NCBI GenBank assembly: GCA_963790305.1
Contig: CAWBOC010000009.1
Location: 416,001 to 480,000, forward strand
DNA length: 64,000 nt
Reading direction: 5' to 3'
From: an uncultured Gemmatimonadaceae bacterium
GTDB taxonomy: Bacteria > Gemmatimonadota > Gemmatimonadetes > Gemmatimonadales > Gemmatimonadaceae
A program made the translations under genes and the position numbers. Of the stretch, positions 1 to 10,027 are shown piece after piece; the first letter of the stretch is position 1; each line of letters opens with the position of its first letter. The notes beneath the pieces were generated by a model. That model did no database searches. It saw nothing but the letters and a program-made list of their open reading frames with translations, and was not told where the DNA came from.

Positions 1-91
1 GAACCGCGAATCGCTTGCTCAACCCGACGATCGAGATCGCACTCGCCGTCCGCGTGGCGCAGAGAACCGTGGGCGCGGCCACCAGGGTCAT
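1..91 (-). CDS. 5' fragment of probable ABC transporter ATP-binding protein (runs off window start), part of lasso cluster
   Basis: ATG at 91-89 overlaps the kinase stop (ATGA). Translation MTLVAAPTVLCATRTASAISIVGLSKRFAV resembles the 'I.v.gLsKrF' start of ABC ATPases. Confidence 0.55.
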   Translation of the reverse strand, partial: MTLVAAPTVLCATRTASAISIVGLSKRFAV

Positions 92-1137
92 ACCGAGCCC
101 GCTCCTACGCCGTCGGCATGCCACGCGAGCACATCGGCGACGACCTCATCCAGTCGCGTGAAATCACGAGAGACCTCGAGCAGTCGCACCGGGACGCGCC
201 GCGCCAGCGCGACGACTCGGTCGAGCAGCGCCACCGCTTCGCAACCGGTGAGAAGAGGTGCGATCTTCGCGTGGCGAACGAGCGAGAGCGCCGAGGGCAC
301 CGGTGGCAAGGCGCTTACGCGAGCCGCTGCGCCGCCGGGAAGCGCGGTCACCGGTGACAGCAAGTACAGCGCGGCGATCGGCACCGCCTCAGCCTGGAGC
401 CGGTCGATCTCGAGCGCGTCAACGACCATCCGGTCGCCCGACGGGCGCGCCTCACGAGGGGCGGGCGGCAGCCGCGTCGCCGCATCGGAGCGAAGCCGAA
501 GCTCGTGGACGCCCGGGAATGCGAGAGGCCCGCCGTCGAGCTGAACGCGGAGCGTGTCGTCGGTGAGAAGTCGCGCGCCGGCTCGCACGAGGGCCCACGC
601 GAGCGTGGATTTTCCGAAGCCCTTCGAGCCGAGAAACGCGATCGCCTCGCGTTCGATCGCGACGGCACTGGCGTGAAAGCAGACGTCGCCAGCAGCGTGC
701 ATTGCCGTCGCGAGGACTCGGCCCATGATGTCGACGCGCGCGGCGTCTTCGGACACGGTCGCCGGGGCGCGCCAGATGATGGCGCCGCCCGAGGCATCGA
801 TGTCGAAGCGCCCCGTGTCGTCATACATGAGATGCCAACCGCGACTCGATCGATAGAGACGCGCACTGGCGCTCGCGTCGACCTGGTCGCTGCCGAGCGC
901 CTCGGCATCCCGGGGCATGGGCTCCGGTGCGTGGCGGTGCAGCGTCCAGGTGGGGCGTGCGGCCGTCAGCGCCCGCAGCGATGGACACTCGAGCGCGGTG
1001 CGGAGCACCCCTCCGAAAATCGCGTAGTCGGTCACTGCGGCTGGTGTGGCTGGGAGGTCGACCAGACCCTCCCGAGCCACGGGAGCATTACGAGCGTGAT
1101 CCGCAGGAACCACTGGAAGGGTACCAGTTGTTCCCAT
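88..1137 (-). CDS. HPr-kinase-related (lasso peptide) kinase; true start probably a GTG downstream of 1087 (e.g. 1035)
   Basis: FHASAV motif, Walker A GSKGFGKST and LLTDD motif typical of HprK-like kinases. Lies directly after lasso precursors. The given ATG overlaps precursor 2, so the start is uncertain. Confidence 0.8.
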   Translation of the reverse strand: MGTTGTLPVVPADHARNAPVAREGLVDLPATPAAVTDYAIFGGVLRTALECPSLRALTAARPTWTLHRHAPEPMPRDAEALGSDQVDASASARLYRSSRGWHLMYDDTGRFDIDASGGAIIWRAPATVSEDAARVDIMGRVLATAMHAAGDVCFHASAVAIEREAIAFLGSKGFGKSTLAWALVRAGARLLTDDTLRVQLDGGPLAFPGVHELRLRSDAATRLPPAPREARPSGDRMVVDALEIDRLQAEAVPIAALYLLSPVTALPGGAAARVSALPPVPSALSLVRHAKIAPLLTGCEAVALLDRVVALARRVPVRLLEVSRDFTRLDEVVADVLAWHADGVGAGSV

Positions 1138-1255
1138 CGGACGTTACGCCGGTATCCGTGCTCGTGACGGTGAAGCCATCACAAGACCCGGTCACCCCGG
1201 CCTGGGTCAGCTCCCGGAACGTCCCGAAGCGCTGAACCTTGGGTTTCTCGTACAC
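1088..1255 (-). CDS. Lasso peptide precursor A2 (18-aa leader + 37-aa core AGVTGSCDGFTVTSTDTGVTSDGNNWYPSSGSCGSRS)
   Basis: Leader (M)YEKPKVQRFGTFRELTQ has YxxP-x-V, a conserved Gly and Thr at -2; Asp at core position 8. GTG start preceded by GGGAG RBS (alternative ATG at 1270). Confidence 0.85.
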   Translation of the reverse strand: MYEKPKVQRFGTFRELTQAGVTGSCDGFTVTSTDTGVTSDGNNWYPSSGSCGSRS

Positions 1256-1366
1256 AGCATCTCCCTGCATAAAAGGTGAGCCTCCTTCCTACGGGAACGA
1301 CACACACACCTGCACGAGCCTAACGAACTGAGACAGCGAGCCCTGTCCTCACTGTCCCAGGGACCA

Positions 1367-1543
1367 CTACGAACGCCCGCTGTTGATGTCACCATCCCAC
1401 GGGCATTCAGGGCGATTCGGCGCCCCACAGATGTTGTCGCCGCCAATTCCGAAGACGACGAGACCATCGTTGTCGCGGTCCCAGCCCGCCCGGGTGAGCT
1501 CGCGGAACGTACCGAAGCGTTCCACCCTGGGCTTTTCGTACAT
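1367..1543 (-). CDS. Lasso peptide precursor A1 (18-aa leader + 40-aa core AGWDRDNDGLVVFGIGGDNICGAPNRPECPWDGDINSGRS)
   Basis: Leader MYEKPRVERFGTFRELTR nearly identical to A2; AAGGAGGG RBS at 1547-1554; Asp8. Hidden at the C-terminus of spurious ORF 1367..2542. Confidence 0.88.
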   Translation of the reverse strand: MYEKPRVERFGTFRELTRAGWDRDNDGLVVFGIGGDNICGAPNRPECPWDGDINSGRS

Positions 1544-1632
1544 GAGCCCTCCTTGATGCACGGTCGCCGGGTTCGCCCCCCGGCCGGGAGCGGGCCACAC
1601 CGGCCCGCGTGTCCGATCGTCGAAATCGACTG

Positions 1633-3586
1633 TCACGAAAGAGCACCGGCGAATGCCTGCGAGGCGCGCATCGGGCCGCCGTTCGGCGATCCCCGCGACG
1701 CGTCGTGCGCCCGCGTCCAGAACTCCGTCTGCAGCGTGAGAAAGAGCGTCACGCCAAGGTTGCCGTCGCCGCTCGCCTTCCACTCCTCCCAACCGCGACG
1801 CAGCGCCGCCGGGTCGATGATCCCAAGCTCCGCGAGCCGGCTGTCGCGCACCGCCCTGTCGACGAGACCGGCGCCCGCGTCGCGGAATGCCCGGCTGAAC
1901 AGCCGGCCGGTCGTTCCAGTCCGAGTGCGGCGGGGAGCGAGGACGTCGTCGGGTATGATGCCCCGCATCGCCGCTCGAAGGACCCGCTTCGTTTCCCGCT
2001 GTGACGCGCGCTCCTCCCGCGGACGCTCGGCCGCGAACGCGATCACGCGAGGATCCATCAGCGGTGATCGCACTTCGACCCCTTCCTCGCGCGCGAGGGC
2101 GCTCACGCACGCGTAGACGCGCGGGAAATACGGCGCGGTCATGTAATACCGGCTCTCGACGGCCGCGAAGCTCTCGCCCCGCCGCCGACGTGGCGTGGTC
2201 CGGGCACGCTCCGCAAAAGCATTCCGGCGCGCGAACTCGGGGTTGATCCAGGCGGGAACGTCGCGCTCGAGATATGCGCGGAGTGCGCGGCCGCGTCGAA
2301 GGGTCGCCGCCGCGTTGAGCGCGAACGCGGGCAGCAGCGGCTGAATCGCCCAGCGGAACAGTGTGCGCGCATCGCGAACACCACGCGCGCGGCATTCCTG
2401 TGCCGCCGCGAAGAGCCGACCGCTGCGCACCAGATCGGCGAGGTAGACCAGCGAGACCTGGAAGAGCTGATCGCCACCATTGCCATGCAGTGCGACGTGG
2501 GAATCCACGGCGCGACTTCCTCTGGCGAGAGCACGGTTCCAATGCTCGAACACATGGGCAAAGGGCTCATCCCGGCTGGCCGCGCCCTCGCAGAGTTGAT
2601 CGAGCAAGGAGATCTCTGCACTGTCGATCCAGTGCGGCGTCGCCCCCCAACGCCCCGCGACGGATGTGATGAGCTCATCTTCGCGCCCCGGATCACCCAC
2701 CGGGTACGTGATCGAGACTGCGCGAACCCGATCGACGTCGCCGCGCGTGGCCGACATGGCGGCGCCGAAGACCGCCGGTGAATCCCACCCGCCGCTGAGC
2801 CACACACTCGTTGCGCCGCGCGGCGTCGAGCCGTTCCTGAACGGCGCGCGCGAGGAGGTCGCGCAGCGCCACTGCGCCATCCTCGAGGGTCAGCCGGCGG
2901 CCGCTCTCGAACGTCGGCGCTTCCCAGTGCCGGGCCAGCACCGGGCGTGCGTCACCGATGCAGGAGAGCGTATGGGCGGCGGGAATTCGTTCGATCGATG
3001 CCAGGCAGGTGCTCGTCTCGTCGAGGGCGAGTCCCGCAGCCACTTCGCCAAGGTGAGGGAGATTGAGGGCAGGCTCCGCGCCAGCGGCGACGAGCCCGGA
3101 AACCCCCGAGGCCAACAACAGGCCATCGCGCGTCTCGGTGTAGAAAAGCGGCCGCGTGGCGCCGAGGTCGCGCGCCGCGACCATCCGCCGCGCAACGGAG
3201 TCCCAGATGATGAACGCGAAGTCGCCCTCGAGACGACGGCCGCACTGATCGCCCCACGCGCGATACGCCGCAAGAATCACGTGCGCGGTGGTCGGCCCCG
3301 ACGGACGCGCGTCCCTCTGTCGCAGCGCACGAAGGAGATCGGTTCGATAGTACAATGCGGCATCGGCGACGACGACGATCCCGGCTTCGCTCGCGATCGC
3401 CAGCGTGCTCTCACGGCCAGGCATCGCCTCCCACGTGTCGGATGCGATCGCAAGCGTGGCGTCGCCACACGACACGACCCGCGAGAGCTCGGCGCCGCGC
3501 CGCGCCATCGCGCTGAGTGCACGACTGGCGAGCTCCTCGCAATGCGTGCTGCGAGCGCGGGTGATGACGGCGACGATGGCGCTCAT
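1633..3586 (-). CDS. Lasso peptide cyclase (asparagine synthetase-like, C protein); +1 frameshift near 2820-2825, probably a sequencing error
   Basis: N-half MSAIVAV...LEGDFAFIIWD...ARDLGATRPLFY (Ntn-like domain without Cys1). C-half in another frame: WLSGGWDS, GNGGDQLF, EVRSPLMD, KRVLRAAM. ATG overlaps the B2 stop. Confidence 0.85.
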
Positions 3587-4035
3587 CGAGCTCCCACGAG
3601 GCGCACGTCGGCGAGAGGCTCGAATGAGGCAACATGCTCTGAGGAATCGGCGAGCACCTCCGCCCCGAGCTCGACCCATGCGTGCGCCTCGAATCGACCG
3701 GTTCGCTCCCGCACACCAATGCGAACGTGCCACCCGGGCACCTGCGCGCGCTCCAGCATCCGCGACAGCGCCAGCGAGCGAACGAGACAGTTGGGACGAA
3801 ACACGCCGCGGCGCGAGACGAGCGACACGGCGTTGGCCAGTTTTCGCGCCGTCACGCGTGCGAGCTCGTCAGGCGCGGCCGATGCCTCACGCTCCCGTCG
3901 CACGAGGCGACCCTGGGGACGGGTCCACACCGCGAGCTGCGCTCGCAGCAAGGCGAGCTGCGCGCGCAGGAGCTCGCGGCGCTCGGCCTCGCTAAGCGAG
4001 ACGAGTTTCGACAGTCGCGACGCGAGGCGGCGCAT
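3583..4035 (-). CDS. Lasso peptide leader peptidase B2 (transglutaminase-like)
   Basis: NCLVRSLAL (catalytic Cys), VRIGV and FEAHAWVE (His) motifs; lies between PqqD and cyclase. Confidence 0.9.
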   Translation of the reverse strand: MRRLASRLSKLVSLSEAERRELLRAQLALLRAQLAVWTRPQGRLVRREREASAAPDELARVTARKLANAVSLVSRRGVFRPNCLVRSLALSRMLERAQVPGWHVRIGVRERTGRFEAHAWVELGAEVLADSSEHVASFEPLADVRLVGAR

Positions 4036-4315
4036 GCCGGGCGGGCTCCGGAGCGGGGACGAGCAGACCGAACGATTGCAGCGAGCTCAGCAGCTCGATG
4101 ACATCGGCGCGGAGATCAGCCGGCGAAACCTCGGGGTGCCGTGCCGCGAGCGCGGCGCAGAGCGAGTCGAATGACATGTGCGCGGGAGGCAACATCTCCC
4201 AGACTTCCGCCGCAACGGCGTTGAGGCCGAAATACACCTCGTCCGTGAGCGAGAAGAGGACGGCGCCTTCCGACAACGTCCGATAGATGACTGCCTGGTT
4301 CCGAGTGGGCAGCAT
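3992..4315 (-). CDS. PqqD-family RiPP recognition element (lasso B1)
   Basis: GAVLFSLTDEVYFGLNAVAAEVWEML...DVIELLSSLQSFGLL matches the PqqD/RRE pattern. Confidence 0.88.
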   Translation of the reverse strand: MLPTRNQAVIYRTLSEGAVLFSLTDEVYFGLNAVAAEVWEMLPPAHMSFDSLCAALAARHPEVSPADLRADVIELLSSLQSFGLLVPAPEPARHAPPRVATVETRLA

Positions 4316-4640
4316 GCAGCAGCTCTCGTCGACACGATTGCTCGTGCCGTGGCCATTGGGCTCGCAGACGCGAGACAGGGATCGCGTTACGACATGTCCC
4401 GGTTAGCATCCGGGGCTGCAAGCAATGGCAGAGGCGATGCCATCCTCAAGGGATGGTCCCGGGACGTGCCCTCGTGGGCAACGTATTACGCCACAACGGC
4501 TTCCGATCTGAGGGCTCGAATGTGGATAACGTTCGCCGTGCGCGCGTTCCGCATCGTTTGTTGCGGTACTGCGACAGGTGGGCCGTTCCGCAAATGCGAA
4601 ATGATTTTTGCACGTCACCCTCATTAGCGTGCCCTAACGA

Positions 4641-4672
4641 AATAAAACGGCGCCTCAGAGAGGCGCCGTTTC
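4641..4672 (-). terminator. Rho-independent terminator after rpsG
   Basis: Stem AAACGGCGCCTC / GAGGCGCCGTTT followed on the minus strand by TTTTATTT. Confidence 0.85.
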
Positions 4673-4694
4673 ATAACGATTCGCTCGAAAGGGC

Positions 4695-5161
4695 TTACCA
4701 GCGATAGTGCGCGAACGCCTTGTTCGCTTCCGCCATGCGGTGCGTGTCTTCCTTCTTCTTCACCGCGTTGCCTTCACCCTTCGACGCCGCGATGATCTCG
4801 GCCGCGAGCTTCTCCGGCATCGACTTCTCACCGCGATCGCGCGAGTACGAGATGAGCCAGCGCATGGCGAGCGCCGTACGCCGCTCGGGCCGCACTTCGA
4901 CCGGAACCTGGTAGGTCGCGCCACCAACACGGCGGCTCTTCACTTCCACGACCGGCTTGAGGTTGGTCAGAGCCTGCTTGAAGACGTTGACGCCCGGTTG
5001 CCCAGTGCGGGATTCCACGAGGTCCATCGCGCCGTAGAAGATGCGCTCGCCGGTGGACTTCTTCCCCTGGTACATCAGGACGTTGATGAACTTCGAGACC
5101 GTCTGGCTGTCATAGCGCGCGTCGGCAAGGACGGGGCGCTTGATGGACTTTTGTCGGCGGC

Positions 5162-5165
<4 letters not shown>
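4695..5165 (-). CDS. rpsG: 30S ribosomal protein S7
   Basis: [29 protein letters not shown]. Confidence 0.98.
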
Positions 5166-5548
<383 letters not shown>

Positions 5549-5576
5549 AACCTCAGGTAAGCAGCACAGAACAATA

Positions 5577-5606
5577 AAGTTAACGGCTCCGGTCGAGCGG
5601 TGTCAA
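5577..5606 (-). promoter_or_regulatory. Sigma70-type promoter for rpsL-rpsG
   Basis: Minus strand TTGACA-18 nt-TAACTT, about 30 nt upstream of the rpsL ATG. Confidence 0.6.
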
Positions 5607-5610
5607 TTGA

Positions 5611-5700
5611 CGAGGATGGCGAAGTCGTCCAGGTCGTCGAGGTGATCGAGGCGACATCACCTCGAGCACCTCGACATCCTCGACAACCTCGATTACCTCG
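5611..5700. repeat. Inverted array of 9-mer tandem repeats (GAGGTCGTC-like / CCTCGACAT-like), hairpin downstream of rpoC
   Basis: Left arm gaagtcgtc caggtcgtc gaggtgatc gagg; right arm cctcgagca cctcgacat cctcgacaa cctcgatta cctcg. Confidence 0.75.
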
Positions 5701-5703
5701 CTT

Positions 5704-8700
5704 CTATAGCTCCTCGTCGATCACGTGCGTCGCCGTTCCGAAGCCAGCGTCCGATAAACCAGGGACTGGAAGCGGGGCGAAGGGCTCCAGCGGTGCTGCC
5801 GGCACGAAGCCCTCCGGCGGCTCCGGCGCCTGGAGATCGATGTCGATCTCCGAATACCGATACTGACCGGTACCCGCCGGGATGAGGTGGCCGATGATGA
5901 TGTTCTCCTTGAGCCCAAGGAGATCGTCCTTGGCCCCGCGGATCGCCGCATCGGTGAGCACGCGAGTGGTCTCCTGGAACGACGCCGCCGAAATGAACGA
6001 CTGCGTCGTGAGGCTCGCCTTGGTGATACCCAGGAGCAACGGCTCCGAGGTGCCGGGCTTGAGCCCCTTCTTCTGGGCGCGGTCGTTGATCTCGCGGAAC
6101 GAGCCCTTGTCCACATGCTCGGCCTCGAGGAACTCCGTCTCCCCGGGATCCATGATGCGCACCTTCTGAAGCATCTGCCTGACGATCACGCCAATGTGCT
6201 TGTCGTTGATCTTCACGCCCTGCAGGCGATACACCTCCTGCACCTCGTTCAGCAGATACTCCTGCACCGCACGGGGTCCCTTGATCCGCAAAATGTCGTG
6301 CGGATTCACGGGTCCCTCCGACAGGCGGTCACCGGCGCGCACGCGATCGCCCTCGTGCACGCGAAGGTGCTTGCCTGCCGGAACCTCGTACAGCTGCGCT
6401 TCCTGCGACTCGTCCGCGACCTGATAGCCATCTGGGCCGTCACGCGTCGGCTGGACGAAGACCTCGCGCTTGCCACGCTTGATCTCCCCGAACCGCACCG
6501 TGCCGTCGACTTCCGAGATCGTCGCCGGATCCTTCGGCCGGCGCGCCTCGAACAGTTCTGCGACGCGCGGCAGACCACCGGTGATGTCACGCGTCTTGTA
6601 CGCCTCGCGGCCGATCTTGGCGAGAATGGTTCCCGCCCCGATCTTCTCACCATCGTCCACCGTCAGCTGCGCGCCGACCGGGATGACGAAGTCACGCAGA
6701 CGCTTCTCCTTTCCACCCTTCTCCTGCACGATCTCGATGTGAGGGTGCAGCCGCTTCTCGCGATCTTCGATGATCACCCGCTGCCGCAGGCCGGTGAGCT
6801 CGTCGAGCTCCTCGGTCACCGACTCATCCTCGACGATATCGACGAAGCGGACCGTGCCTTCGACGTCGGCGATGATGGGATTCGTGTACGGATCCCAGGT
6901 GAAGATCACCGTGTCCTTCTTCACGTCCTCGCCATCGGCGACCATCAGGAGTGCACCCAGCGGTACCGCGAAGCGCGACGCCACCGGCGCGTTCTTCTCC
7001 GCTGAGCCACGGATGATGATCTCACCCTCGTACGACGTCACGATCCGCTGCCCGTCGGAATTCTCGACGTGCACCAGCCGCTCCCCGTACTCGACGACCC
7101 CTGCCACCTTCGACTTGCGCGCCGTTTGCTCGGCGATACGCGCCGCCGTTCCACCGATGTGGAAGGTTCGGAGCGTGAGCTGCGTCCCTGGCTCGCCGAT
7201 CGACTGCGCGGCGAGAATACCGACCGCCTCGCCGAGATCCACCATGAACATCGTGGCCAGGTTTCGCCCGTAGCACATTCTGGCAGAGCCCGCGCTTGGC
7301 CTCGCAGGTGAGCACCGAGCGGATCTTCACCGTCTCGAGCCCCGAGTCCTCGATCGCGCGCGCCGTTTCCTCATCGATGAGCAGTCCCGCCTCCACGAGC
7401 AGCTTGGGGCGACCCGACTCATCGCGCTCATGCGGATCCTCGACATCCTCGGCCGCCACGTTGCCGACGATACGCTCGGCGAGCGGCTCGATGATGTCTT
7501 CGCCTTCCTTCAGCGCGCCGACCTCCAGTCCGAGGATCGTGCCGCAATCCTCTTCGGTGATCGTCACGTCCTGCGCGACGTCGACGAGACGACGCGTGAG
7601 GTAGCCGGCATCCGCGGTCTTGAGTGCGGTGTCGGCCAGACCCTTACGAGCGCCGTGCGTCGAGATGAAGTACTCGAGCACCGAGAGTCCTTCCCGGAAA
7701 TTCGACTTGATCGGGCTCTCGATGATCTCGCCAATGCCGCCGGTGAGCTTCTTCTGCGGCTTCGCCATGAGACCGCGCATACCCGCCAGCTGACGGATCT
7801 GATCGCGGCTGCCGCGCGAGCCGGAATCGAACATCATGAACACCGGGTTGAGCCCGCTCTTCGACTTCGACATCGCCTTCACCATGGCGTCGGCAATGTC
7901 GTTGTTCGCGTGCGTCCAGGTGTCGATCACCTTGTTGTAGCGCTCGCCGTTCGTGATGTTGCCCGTCTGATACGCGCGCTGGAAGCGCTCGACGCGCGCC
8001 TCCGCCTCCTCGAGCAGCGTCTCCTTCTCGCCGGGAATCTCGAGGTCTTCAACGCCGATGGAGACACCACCCATCGTCGCGTAGCGGAACCCGAACTCCT
8101 TGAGGCGATCGAGGAACGCGACCGTTCCCGAGAGCCCCGAGCGCCGATAGGCCTCGAACACGAGCTCCGAGAGTGCCTTTTTCTTCATCTCGCGGTTCTG
8201 GAACGGCATGACGTCGGGGATGATGCTGTTGAACAGCACGCGTCCCGCCGTCGTACGCTCCCACCGCGCGGGGCCACCCGGTTCACGAACCAGAAACTGG
8301 ACTGGCGTGTGATAGGTGAGCCGGCCCACCGCGAGTGCCGCCTCGATCTCCGCGAGCTCCGTGTAGCGTGGCGCATCGGTGACCTTCGTCGGATCGACCG
8401 GAGCGCGCGTGAGGAAGTAGCAGCCGAGGACAATGTCCTGGCTGGGCTCCGCCACCGGACGTCCATCCGACGGCTTGAGGATGTTGTTCGACGACAGCAT
8501 CAGCAGGCGCGACTCGAGCTGCGCCTCGAACGACAGCGGCACGTGCACCGCCATCTGGTCGCCGTCGAAGTCCGCGTTGAACGCCGCGCAGACGAGCGGG
8601 TGGATGCGGATGGCCTTCCCCTCGACGAGCACAGGCTCGAACGCCTGGATGCCTAACCGGTGCAGCGTCGGCGCGCGATTCAACAGAACGGGATGATCCT

Positions 8701-10027
8701 TGATGATCTCTTCGAGGATCTCGTACACCTCCGGGCTCTCGCGCTCGACGATCTTCTTCGCGCGCTTGACCGTTTCGGCGATCCCCTTCTCCACCAGCTT
8801 GTGGATGATGAACGGCTTGAACAGCTCGAGCGCCATCGCCTTCGGAAGTCCGCACTGGTGCAGGCGGAGCTCCGGGCCCACGACGATGACCGAACGTCCC
8901 GAGTAGTCCACGCGCTTGCCGAGCAGGTTCTGACGGAACCGGCCCTGCTTGCCCTTGAGCATGTCGCTGAGCGACTTGAGCGGCCGCTTGCCGCGACCGC
9001 GAATCGCCTTGGAGCGACGGCCGTTGTCGAACAGCGCGTCGACGGCCTCCTGCAGCATGCGCTTCTCGTTCCGGAGAATGACTTCCGGCGCGCGATGCAT
9101 GATCAGCTTCTGCAGTCGGTTGTTGCGGTTGATGACACGGCGGTACAGGTCGTTCAGGTCCGACGTCGCGAAGCGGCCGCCATCGAGCGGCACGAGCGGA
9201 CGCAGGTCGGGCGGAATCACTGGAATGACGTCCAGGATCATCCACTCCGGCTTGTTGCGCGTGTCGCCCGACTCACCCGAGTTGCGGAACGCGTCGACGA
9301 TCTTGAGCCGCTTGAGCATCTGCTTCTTCCGATGCTGCGACGTCTCCGTCTGCACGTCCTCGCGGAGCTGGTCGGAGACCTTGTCCACGTCGAGGCGGCG
9401 AAGCAGCTCGCGCACCGCCGGCGCTCCAATGTCCGCCTTGAAGGCGTCGTCGTTCGCCTCACGCGCCTTGGCGCGGAGGTCGAGGTACTCGTCCTCGTCG
9501 AGCAGCTGCAGCGGACGCACTTCCTGCTCGCCCGGCTCGATGACGACGTAGTTCGAGTAGTAGATGACCTTCTCGAGATCACGGAGGGTGAGATCGAGGA
9601 GGTTGCCCATCGGGCTGGGCAGGGTCTTGAAGAACCAGATGTGCGCCACGGGCACCGCGAGCTCGATGTGACCCATGCGCTCGCGACGCACCTTGGACAG
9701 CGTCACCTCGACACCGCAGCGGTCGCAAATCACCCCGCGGTAGCGGATGCGCTTGTACTTCCCGCAATGGCACTCCCAGTCCTTGACCGGACCGAAGATG
9801 CGCTCGCAGAAGAGGCCGTCCTTTTCGGGCTTGAACGAGCGGTAGTTGATGGTCTCGGGCTTGGTGACCTCGCCCCACGACCACCAGTTCCGCCCGCCGC
9901 CCATTTCGATCCGCTCACGCTCCTTGGGATCCTTGGGACCACGGATCTCCTCGGGCGACGCAATGCGAATCTGGATGAAATCGAAGTTCGAGCTGCGCGG
10001 CTCGCGCGCGCTACGGAAGTCAATCAT
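5704..10027 (-). CDS. rpoC: RNA polymerase beta' subunit; +1 frameshift near 7282 (probable sequencing error)
   Basis: [11 protein letters not shown] active site and N-terminal zinc finger. ORFs 7022..10027 and 5704..7278 join as ...[14 protein letters not shown] if one C is removed. Confidence 0.97.

Noticed and set aside
1367..2542. 391-aa ORF overlapping the cyclase
   Set aside because: Shadow frame of GC-rich DNA; only its last 58 codons (precursor A1, with own RBS) are credible.
1633..3586. Asparagine synthetase AsnB or a pseudogene
   Set aside because: Lacks the catalytic Cys1 and sits with B1/B2/precursors, so it is a lasso cyclase; the frameshift is likely technical.
4316..4640. Extra precursor ORF or sigma54 promoter upstream of the lasso cluster
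   Set aside because: No YxxP/Thr(-2) leader in the small ORFs seen, and the GGCAC words lack a correctly spaced TTGC.
5704..10027. Naturally split rpoC (as in cyanobacterial rpoC1/rpoC2)
   Set aside because: The break lies inside a conserved Cys motif, is fixed by removing one base, and similar indels occur elsewhere in the window.
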